Assembly: GCA_964386385.1 (NCBI GenBank)
Contig: CAYLRN010000007.1
Span: forward strand, 54,374 to 118,373
Direction: 5' to 3'
DNA from: an uncultured Lentisphaeraceae bacterium
GTDB lineage: Bacteria > Verrucomicrobiota > Kiritimatiellia > RFP12 > UBA1067
DNA: 64,000 nt
In this document: positions 57,022-64,000 of the stretch, one piece after another
Layout: the number at the start of each line of letters is the position of its first letter
Position numbering within the stretch: position 1 is the stretch's first letter
Notes under the pieces: model-generated
Seen by the model: the letters and a program-made list of their open reading frames with translations, nothing else
What the model was told of the DNA's origin: nothing
Database searches by the model: none
Translations under genes and position numbers: made by a program

Positions 57022-57513
57022 ATGGAAGAGAACAGGAAAGACCCGCGTCCCGGCTGGGACGAGTACTTCATGGAGATCGCCCACGTCGTCGCGAAGCGCT
57101 CCAACTGCTCGCGCCGCCGCGTGGCGGCCGTGATCGTGAAGGACAACCATCTTCTCTCGACCGGATACAACGGCACGCCGCGCGGCGTGAAGAACTGCTT
57201 CGACGGCGGCTGCCCGCGCTGCTCCGGACACGCCCCGTCGGGGACCGGCCTCGACGAATGCCTCTGCGTCCACGCGGAGCAGAACGCAATCTGCCAGGCC
57301 GCCCGCTACGGCATCGACGTCTCCGGCGCGACGATCTACGTCACGCTCTCGCCATGCCTCACCTGCGCGAAGCTGATAATCAACGCCGGCATCGCGACGG
57401 TGGTCTACGACGGCGACTACACCGCGTTCCTCGACACCGTGAAGGCGATGTTCGCGGAGGCCGGCGTCGTCTGCCGCAGTTTTTCGCCCTCCCCCAAAAC
57501 CGCCCGCAGCTGA
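57022..57513 (+). CDS. dCMP deaminase (ComEB-like)
   Basis: HAEQNAI and PCLTCAKLI zinc-binding motifs. Start placed at the second Met, which has a GGAGG ribosome-binding site (the ORF starts at 56992). Confidence 0.8.
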   Translation: MEENRKDPRPGWDEYFMEIAHVVAKRSNCSRRRVAAVIVKDNHLLSTGYNGTPRGVKNCFDGGCPRCSGHAPSGTGLDECLCVHAEQNAICQAARYGIDVSGATIYVTLSPCLTCAKLIINAGIATVVYDGDYTAFLDTVKAMFAEAGVVCRSFSPSPKTARS

Positions 57514-57715
57514 CCCCTCGCTCGCTGAACGGCCAATGCCGGGAGGGGTGCGCTCCTGCGCGCCCGCCCATCCGCCCGCCCGTTCTTCCGCACGCGCACT
57601 TGCCGCCTGCTTTCTCGCTCTTTTGCCCTTCCTTCCGTCCGCCTGTCTGCCCATGGCGTCCGCATAGGCCATTGCTTTCGCCTATGGAATGTCTTGGCCG
57701 TCAGAGTTTTGCACC

Positions 57716-58498
57716 TCACAGCGTCGCGTCCGCGCCGGCGCGGTATGCGCGCGGGGTGATGCCGCAGTATCGCGTGAACTGCGCCGAGAAATGCTGCTGC
57801 GAGATGTAGCCCAGCTTGAACGCCACGCCGCCGAGCGTCGCGTGCGGCGCGCGCAGAAGCCTCATCGCCGCCTTCAGGCGCTCCCTCACCATGAACGCGT
57901 GCGGCGGATAGCCCGTCAGCCGGCAGAATTCCGCCGTGAGAAGCGACTCGCTCACGTTCGCCCTGCGGGCGAGTTCGGAGACGGACCGCCGGGCGATGGG
58001 ATTGCGGCGGATTTCCTCGACGAAGCCGCGGATCGTCTGCGACGCCGCAGCCGGCCGCCCCTTCGCCGTTCGGGCGGATTCGACGACGGACAGCACAAGG
58101 ACGTTGAAGAACGTCGCAAGCGCGACGGCCTTCAGCGCGTCGTCCGGCCACGAGCGGTGGATTTCTATCATCTTGAGAAGGGCGCGGCGCGTGTCCGCCC
58201 GCTGCGGCATGGGGTCGCGCGGCAGCTGCGCGAGGCTTCGCCGCAGGTTCGCGTCCACCGCCCCGTCGCGGAAGCAGAGTCCGCAGCTGGACACGCCCTT
58301 GCGCGTCGTGTAGAGCCGGTGCCGCGTCTCCTCTGGAATGACGATCAGTTCGTTTGGGCGCATTTCGCGGCACGCGTCCTCCGTCTCGAACGTCAGGCAT
58401 CCGCGAAGGCAGAGCGCCAGTTCCGTGCAGCCGGGATGGACGTGGAGCGGCGTCGGCGTGCGCGTGGCGGCGTATCCGCTCCGGTAGAGGAGCGGCAC
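57716..58498 (-). CDS. AraC-family transcriptional regulator (cupin N-terminal domain plus HTH_AraC)
   Basis: C-terminal HTH_AraC (…LAFKLGYISQQHFSAQFTRYCGITP…). The ORF extends to a TTG at 58579 inside the nanA 3' end, so a GTG at 58498 was chosen. The start is uncertain. Confidence 0.7.
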   Translation of the reverse strand: MPLLYRSGYAATRTPTPLHVHPGCTELALCLRGCLTFETEDACREMRPNELIVIPEETRHRLYTTRKGVSSCGLCFRDGAVDANLRRSLAQLPRDPMPQRADTRRALLKMIEIHRSWPDDALKAVALATFFNVLVLSVVESARTAKGRPAAASQTIRGFVEEIRRNPIARRSVSELARRANVSESLLTAEFCRLTGYPPHAFMVRERLKAAMRLLRAPHATLGGVAFKLGYISQQHFSAQFTRYCGITPRAYRAGADATL

Positions 58499-58562
58499 CG
58501 CGGGGAAGCCGTCGTCCGAGAGGTCGGCCTTGAACGTCCCCTGCGGGTCGTCTCTGGCGCTG

Positions 58563-59495
58563 TCATGCGCGGCGCGCAAAGTCCTTCTCCACGATGCCGA
58601 GCGCGGCGATGCGCTCCAGCAGTTCGCGTTCGCGTTCCGGCGCCACGGGCGCGTACGGCGCGCGGTAGAAGCCGCAGTCGATTCCGACGTGGCGCATGAG
58701 GACCTTGATGTCGCTCCAGTTGTCCGGAAAGGCGTCGATCACCAGGTCTACGAGGCGGTTGGCCGCCGCCTGCCAGCGGCCCGCCTCGGCGAAGTCGTTG
58801 CGCGCGCAGCATTCGCAGATCTTCGCGAAGTGGCGCGGGATGAGGTTGTAGTTGAGGCCGATGCCGCCGGAGAACGTGTCGCCAAGCGCGAGCGCGGAGA
58901 CGAGCAGCTCGTCGCAGCCGGCGAACCAGATTGTCTCCTTGTCCAGCATCCGGCGCAGGCGCTGGCAGACGTAGAAGTCCTTGCCCGTGTACTTGATTCC
59001 CTTCACGTTCTTCAGGTCGAAGAGCCGCGCGTCGCGGTCCGGCACGAGCGCGGAGTTGAAGGCGTAGATGAGGAAGGGGAGGTCCGTCGCCTCGCTGATG
59101 GCCTTGTAGTGGCGAAGGGTGGACGGGAAGTTCTGCCCGAAGTAGATCGGCGCGACGGACGACACCCAGTCCACGCCCGCCCGCGCCGCCGCCTTCGCAA
59201 GGGCAACCGCGTCGTCTGTGCGGACGCATCCGACCTGCGCGATGAACTTGCACCGCCCGCGCCCGGCTCTCACCGCGCGCCGGTACACCGTCTCCCTCTC
59301 CTCCGGCGTCAGCAGCGCGCCCTCGCCAGTGGAGCCCGTCAGATAGAATCCCTTCAGGCCTTCGCGCACGCCGTATTCCACCAGCGCCTCGATCGCCTCC
59401 TCGTTTACTTTCCCGTCTGCCGTGAACGGCGTGAACATTGCGCTGAACGCGCCCGCCATTCCCTTGAATTCGTCACCTTTCAGGTCAGGTGTCAT
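58563..59495 (-). CDS. nanA: N-acetylneuraminate lyase (DapA/NanA family)
   Basis: …AMFTPFTADGKVNEEAIEALVEYGV…GFYLTGSTGEG… DapA/NanA-family N-terminus. ATGA overlap with the upstream transporter. The track shows it only as the tail of a 925-aa frame artefact. Confidence 0.8.
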   Translation of the reverse strand: MTPDLKGDEFKGMAGAFSAMFTPFTADGKVNEEAIEALVEYGVREGLKGFYLTGSTGEGALLTPEERETVYRRAVRAGRGRCKFIAQVGCVRTDDAVALAKAAARAGVDWVSSVAPIYFGQNFPSTLRHYKAISEATDLPFLIYAFNSALVPDRDARLFDLKNVKGIKYTGKDFYVCQRLRRMLDKETIWFAGCDELLVSALALGDTFSGGIGLNYNLIPRHFAKICECCARNDFAEAGRWQAAANRLVDLVIDAFPDNWSDIKVLMRHVGIDCGFYRAPYAPVAPERERELLERIAALGIVEKDFARRA

Positions 59496-62119
59496 TTGCT
59501 CGTGTCCTTTCGTTTGCTGAAATCCCCCGTCGCCGCGCTGACGGCCGGCGCCACCACGAGGCACGCCGCCATCCCCAGGGCCCCGTAGAGAAGAAGATGC
59601 GGCTTGCCCGCGCACGGCAGGACGTCCAGCCCCACCGCCACCACGTAGTTCGCCACAAGCCCCGCCGCCGCGCCGGCGCCGTTGACGTTCTTCATGAACC
59701 GCCCCATGAAGAAGAGGCATCCCAGCCCCGCCGTCAGCACTCCCAGGAAACGCTGGAACTGGTCGTAGATCGCGTAGACCTCCATGTTCGCGAGCATCAG
59801 AGCCACCGCGCCGCCGAGGACTCCCGTCGCCACCGTCGCCGCGCGCCCGACCGCCAGCCGTTCGCGGTCCGTCGCCCCGCTGCGGATGCGCGCCCAGAAG
59901 TCCACCGTGAACGCCGTAGCGGCGGAGTTGAGGTTTGCCGAGACCGTGGACATCGTCGCCGCCGCAACCGCCGAGAGGATCAGCCCGGACACGTAGTCCG
60001 GCATCCCCGTCGCGATGAAGACGGGCAGGATGGAATCCGTCTTCGGCACGGAGACGTCCAGCATCGCCGGGTTCGACCGGTAGAACGTCCATAGCAGCGT
60101 CCCCAGCGCGAAGAAGAACGCCGAGTTGACGAACGACAGCGCGCCGTTGAAGAGAATCGACTTCCTCGCCCCCGCCTCGTCCGTCGTCGTCATGTACCTC
60201 TGCACGACGCACTGGTCCGACGTGTACGAGGCGAGGTTCGCGACAAGCCCGCCCGCGAACACCACCCAGAACGTCGGCCGCGACCAGTCCAGCGCCCAGT
60301 CGAACGCACGGAACTTCCCCGCCGCGCGCCCCGTCTCCACGAACCCCGCGAACCCGCCGTCCGTCCCGCATATGAGAATGCCGACGATCGTGCCGATGCT
60401 CGCGAAGAGAATGAGCGACTGCACGAAGTCGCTCCACACCACCGCCTCCACGCCGCCCAGTACGCAGTAGACCACCGTCACCGCGCTCACCGCCACGATG
60501 GCCGCGTTGATGTCGACGTCCAGCACCGCGCACAGCGCCACCGCCGGCAGATAGGTCACTACCGCCGTCCGCGCCACCATGAAGAGGATGAACGCCGCAG
60601 ACGCGAACAGCCGGCACGTCGCGTTGAACCGCACCTCCAGGTACTCGTACGCGCTCGTCAGGTTCATCTTCCTGAAGAAGGGCAGATAGTAGCGCGTCAC
60701 GACCGGCGCAAGGAGCGGAATGCCGAACGTTATCGGCCAGTACGACCAGTCGCCGGCGTAGGCGAGAGCCGGAATGGAGAGGAACGTGATCGACGAGAAC
60801 ATCGTCGCGTAGATCGAAAGCGACGCCACCCACCACGGCACCCGCCCGCCCCCGCGGAAATAGTCGTCCGTCGTCCTGTTGCGGCGCATGAACCACACGC
60901 CCATCAGCGCCATGCCGATGAGATAGACCGCCACGACGGCCAGGTTCACCGCGCTGTACGGCTTCGCCCGGACGATCCGCCCGATCGCCCCCGCGTCCGT
61001 GCGCACTCCGCCGGCGATCTCTCCGCCAGACAGAAGAACGCGGTTCCCCGGCAGCGGCGCCACCGCCGCGCCGCACCGTCCGAGAAACGGCGTCTCGTCC
61101 AGCTCGAACCACTTCCCCGTCACCGTGTGTAGGACGCGCGGCCTCCGCGCGAACCGGTAGTCCTCCGGCGCCATCCTGCGGAAGAGCGCCAGCCTGTCCG
61201 GCGCCGCCGCGATTTTTTTGACGACCTCCCTGTCCCCTCCGCCGAAGACGATCACGTGCTGGTTTCCCGACGCCATCGCCACCGCGCCAGTGAACGCGCG
61301 CGCCGCGCATTCGCCCTCCGGCCCGCCGATCCGCTCCCACTCCGTCGCCATCTCAGGAGCGATGACGAGCCGCCAGCAGCTCCCTGCCGCGTTTGCCTCG
61401 CCTGCCGGCGTCTCGTCCGCGAACGCATAGAGCGCCCGCTTTCCGCCCTCCGCCATCTGCACCGCCGCGACCGGCTGGGCCGATTCCACCGGCAGGCGCG
61501 GCAGCGCCTTCCACCGCGGCGCGTCTTCCGCAATGTCGATCTCCCAGACGTTCGATTCCGGCTTCGCTCCCGCGCCGTCCTCTGTCCGCCCCCCGCCGAC
61601 CACGAACACCCTCTCGCCCCACGCCGCCGCGGCCGGCATCGAGACCGGGAAGGGGAACGGCGGCAGCGGCGCCGTGCGCACCTCGCCCGTCGCCTCGTCC
61701 AGCGACAGCGTGAACGCCGCGCGCGACGCCTTCGCGCCCGCGCCGTCCGCGCCACCGACGCAGACGATTCCGCGCGCCGTCGTCGCGCATCCGCCCTCGC
61801 CCGCCGCGCGCGGCAGCTTTCCCACGAGCCGCCACTCCGGCTTCTCCTCGTCCGGGTCGAGCGCGTACACTTCGTCGTGGAAGACCTTTCTTCCGCCGTC
61901 CACGAGCGGCACGTCGCAGAAGTTCGCGCCGCCCGCCACGACCGCGCGCCCGTCGGTGAACCCGTGGAAGCTCCGCGCGACGCCGGGGTTCGGACGCCCT
62001 TCGCCCGCCCTGCGCGGCAGCGGCAGGTTCCCGCCCCAGTCGATCCTCTCGGCGGCGCGTCCGCCCGCCGCCAGCCCCAGCGCGAGGCACAGCATCGTCG
62101 TTGTAAGTCGCAGATTCAT
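59492..62119 (-). CDS. fusion of an N-terminal Kelch-repeat N-acetylneuraminate mutarotase (NanM-like) with a C-terminal sodium:solute symporter (SSS-family sialic-acid transporter)
   Basis: Signal peptide, then six Kelch-like blades (…VVAGGANF…, …VCVGGADG…, …VFVVGGGR…, …VIVFGGGD…, …VLLSGGEI…), followed by about 13 TM helices of SSS type (…GGRVPWWVASLSIYATMFSSITFLSIPA…). Confidence 0.75.
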   Translation of the reverse strand: MNLRLTTTMLCLALGLAAGGRAAERIDWGGNLPLPRRAGEGRPNPGVARSFHGFTDGRAVVAGGANFCDVPLVDGGRKVFHDEVYALDPDEEKPEWRLVGKLPRAAGEGGCATTARGIVCVGGADGAGAKASRAAFTLSLDEATGEVRTAPLPPFPFPVSMPAAAAWGERVFVVGGGRTEDGAGAKPESNVWEIDIAEDAPRWKALPRLPVESAQPVAAVQMAEGGKRALYAFADETPAGEANAAGSCWRLVIAPEMATEWERIGGPEGECAARAFTGAVAMASGNQHVIVFGGGDREVVKKIAAAPDRLALFRRMAPEDYRFARRPRVLHTVTGKWFELDETPFLGRCGAAVAPLPGNRVLLSGGEIAGGVRTDAGAIGRIVRAKPYSAVNLAVVAVYLIGMALMGVWFMRRNRTTDDYFRGGGRVPWWVASLSIYATMFSSITFLSIPALAYAGDWSYWPITFGIPLLAPVVTRYYLPFFRKMNLTSAYEYLEVRFNATCRLFASAAFILFMVARTAVVTYLPAVALCAVLDVDINAAIVAVSAVTVVYCVLGGVEAVVWSDFVQSLILFASIGTIVGILICGTDGGFAGFVETGRAAGKFRAFDWALDWSRPTFWVVFAGGLVANLASYTSDQCVVQRYMTTTDEAGARKSILFNGALSFVNSAFFFALGTLLWTFYRSNPAMLDVSVPKTDSILPVFIATGMPDYVSGLILSAVAAATMSTVSANLNSAATAFTVDFWARIRSGATDRERLAVGRAATVATGVLGGAVALMLANMEVYAIYDQFQRFLGVLTAGLGCLFFMGRFMKNVNGAGAAAGLVANYVVAVGLDVLPCAGKPHLLLYGALGMAACLVVAPAVSAATGDFSKRKDTSK

Positions 62120-62345
62120 TTGCACCCATTCTACCATAAGGAACGCCTGCGGATTTATGCGTTTGCCGAAATGCGCGTTTGGACAAATCCCGTCCCCCGC
62201 CACGTGGTATACTCTATTCTAGCATGATTGATTTCAGCATGATTATTGCACTGTCCAGAGACAATGGGCGCAACAGCGCTCTGCGTCTCTGCGCCTCTGC
62301 GTTGAAAAACACCTCTTCACACTAACCACCAACCACTGGACACTT

Positions 62346-63539
62346 ATGGAAAAGCAAATCTCCCTTGCCCTCACCCTTGCCCTCTGCCTTGCGTCGCCGA
62401 CGATGGCGGCGCAGCCTTCCGCCGCGCCCGCCAGGTCGCCGCGCGCGGAAGTCATATGGACGCGCGCGGTGTCGCCGAATCCGGAGCGGTACGTCGGCTG
62501 GCCTTCTGTGGTGCGCCTCGCCAACGGCGACGTCATGGCTGTCTTCTCGGGCGACCGCGACGCGCACATCTGCCCGTGGGGCAAGGTGCAGATGGTGCGT
62601 TCGTCGGACGACGGCGAGACCTGGACGCAGCCGGTCACCCTCGCCAACGGCCCGATCGACGACCGCGACGCCGGAATCGTCCAGCTCCCGGACGGCAAGA
62701 TCGTCGTCACCTACTTCACCTCCGTCGCCTATCGCGACGCCCTGCGCGGCAAGACGTTCCCGCGCTCCGATCCGCGCTACTGGTGGCAGCGCCACGACGA
62801 GAAGATCTCCCCCGAAACACGTCAGGCGGCCCTCGGCTTCTACCGCCTTGAATCCACCGACGACGGCAGGACCTGGTCGAAGCCGGAGAAGATGAAGGTC
62901 AGCCACGCGCCGCACGGTCCCGCCGTCCTCAACGACGGCTCGCTCCTCATGCTCGGCCGCTCCTTCGCCAACTCCCAGCTCGGCGCCGGCGAATCCGGCC
63001 GCACCATCATCAGCGCCTGGCGCTCCACCGACGCCGGCCGCACGTGGGCCTGCCTCTGTCCGGAACTCGCCGACGTCGACGGCGAGAACTCCCGCCCGCA
63101 CATGTTCCACGAACCACACGCCGCCCAGCTCCCCGACGGCACGATCGTCGGCCTCCTCCGCTACCACGGCGCCGACGGCTGCATGCGCCAGACCGTCTCC
63201 CGCGACGGCGGCCGCACGTGGACTCCCATGACGAAGACGCCCATGCTCGGACTTCCCCCGCACCTTCTCGTCCTCCCCGACGGCAAGCTCGTCAACGTCT
63301 ACGGCCGCCGCCTCCTCAAGCCCGGCGGCTACGGCGAATACGCCTGCATCTCCGACGACGGCGGCCGCACGTGGGACGTCGCCAACGAAATCTGCCTTTC
63401 GAAGTCCGAAGACAACGACCTCGGCTACCCCGCCTCCTGCCTCCTCGGCGACGGCTCGATCCTTACCGTCTACTACCAGCGCCCGAAGCCCGGCGCCCGC
63501 CAGACCCTCATGGCCACCAAATGGCGGGTCAGGGATTAA
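62346..63539 (+). CDS. exo-alpha-sialidase (GH33, BNR repeats)
   Basis: Signal peptide. Five Asp-box motifs S-x-D-x-G-x-T-W (SSDDGETW, STDDGRTW, STDAGRTW, SRDGGRTW, SDDGGRTW). Divergent from the NanM-SSS/nanA operon. Confidence 0.85.
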   Translation: MEKQISLALTLALCLASPTMAAQPSAAPARSPRAEVIWTRAVSPNPERYVGWPSVVRLANGDVMAVFSGDRDAHICPWGKVQMVRSSDDGETWTQPVTLANGPIDDRDAGIVQLPDGKIVVTYFTSVAYRDALRGKTFPRSDPRYWWQRHDEKISPETRQAALGFYRLESTDDGRTWSKPEKMKVSHAPHGPAVLNDGSLLMLGRSFANSQLGAGESGRTIISAWRSTDAGRTWACLCPELADVDGENSRPHMFHEPHAAQLPDGTIVGLLRYHGADGCMRQTVSRDGGRTWTPMTKTPMLGLPPHLLVLPDGKLVNVYGRRLLKPGGYGEYACISDDGGRTWDVANEICLSKSEDNDLGYPASCLLGDGSILTVYYQRPKPGARQTLMATKWRVRD

Positions 63540-63645
63540 GTGGTTAAGTGGTTAAGCAGTTAAGTGGTTAAGTGATTAAGTAGTCAAGTGGCTCTTCGCT
63601 CTTCCGCCCCGCTCGGGAGGGTCGCGCTCCTGCGCGACCGCCCCC
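63534..63645. repeat. REP-like cluster: 7 tandem TTAAGTGG-type 8-mers followed by GGGAGGGTCGCGCTCCTGCGCGACC
   Basis: Seen directly. Confidence 0.6.
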
Positions 63646-63664
63646 CTCACCCTGCTCCCCCATC

Positions 63665-63685
63665 GGGGGGGGGGGGGGGCGGGGG
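63665..63685. repeat. homopolymeric G tract (15 G, then C, then 5 G)
   Basis: Counted directly in the sequence. Confidence 0.9.
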
Positions 63686-63853
63686 CATCCCCCCACCCGT
63701 CCGTCGCATCCCCCCGCAAAAAAAAGGGATTTTCCCCGTCATCGCCTGTCATCCTCCCGTCGTTGGCGCATATAGTACATTGGTTGACTTGTTGCACAAC
63801 CGAGGCGCTTGCCCAGGGCGCTTCGGTTTTGTGTTTTTTTTTCGCCCACCCTC

Positions 63854-63882
63854 TTGCGTTCCCATTCTGCCTTTGGTATACT
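63854..63882 (+). promoter_or_regulatory. promoter TTGCGT-N17-TGgTATACT for a gene beyond the window end
   Basis: -35 at 63854-63859 and an extended -10 at 63874-63882. Same CTCTTGCGTTCCC motif as at 33648. Confidence 0.4.
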
Positions 63883-64000
63883 CCCATCGTTTTCTGACCG
63901 CGGAAGTGGATTCGGATGCGATGTCCGAGCCTGGGTTAACCTCGGGCATTGGAACGACGGTCCATGGAGGCGGGAGGAGGCAAACAAGTTAACCACCGAG

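Noticed and set aside
58499-58579. AraC regulator starting at TTG 58579
   Set aside because: That start lies inside the nanA 3' coding end and adds 27 poorly conserved residues. An internal GTG at 58498 was preferred, though the start remains uncertain.
63534-63600. CRISPR array (short tandem TTAAGTGG repeats here and at 10088, 35130, 37925, 41968, 42386)
   Set aside because: The units are 7-8 bp and directly abutting, with no unique spacers of 25-40 bp and no cas genes. They belong to the REP-like intergenic repeat family.

Overview
This is a high-GC (roughly 65-70%) bacterial chromosomal segment with dense coding on both strands. The gene content points, by inference only, to a glycan-degrading member of the PVC superphylum (Lentisphaerota, Kiritimatiellota or Verrucomicrobiota). 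The pointers are the many prepilin-type N-terminal methylation-domain proteins, a FGE/SUMF1-domain protein, and sialic-acid and galactose modules. I call about 48 protein genes and 4 tRNAs (Cys-GCA, Arg-ACG, an initiator-like Met-CAT, Pro-TGG). There is no rRNA, no CRISPR array and no obvious integrase or transposase. In the galactose and purine part of the window I see an MFS sugar transporter with galK, a porin-like outer-membrane protein, a tandem-domain esterase, a nitroreductase, pbuX with xpt, and an Fe-alcohol dehydrogenase. These are followed by a CinA-C/PncC-like protein and a glycerol-3-phosphate module (glpT, one 933-aa polypeptide fusing GlpA-like and GlpB-like dehydrogenase parts, and a DUF1667 protein). 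A type II secretion-like locus runs from gspF through eight prepilin-like genes (including a canonical gspG) to a 1042-aa GspK-like giant. Further along are proC, an L,D-transpeptidase, a secreted protein built from four ~215-aa repeats, and a 1064-aa protein with a C-terminal FGE/SUMF1 domain. After these come fba, rlmI, an Eco29kI-family GIY-YIG restriction endonuclease with an overlapping m5C methyltransferase, nrnA, an ELM1/DUF1022 protein, a GH106-like hydrolase, infA, an ABC-F ATPase and a dCMP deaminase. The window ends with a sialic-acid locus (AraC regulator, nanA, a NanM-kelch::SSS transporter fusion and a BNR sialidase). Intergenic space is filled with a family of REP-like GC-rich palindromes attached to GG[TG]AGGG, plus tandem TTAAGTGG-type short repeats. 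Low-GC islets (a BspA-type LRR fragment, an AlbA_2/Schlafen-like ATPase, the R-M pair, and a small DUF2335 cassette) look horizontally acquired. Several promoters share the motif CTCTTGCGTTCCC-N-TTTGTGTATAAT. All calls come from reading the sequence and the supplied ORF track; I ran no database searches.
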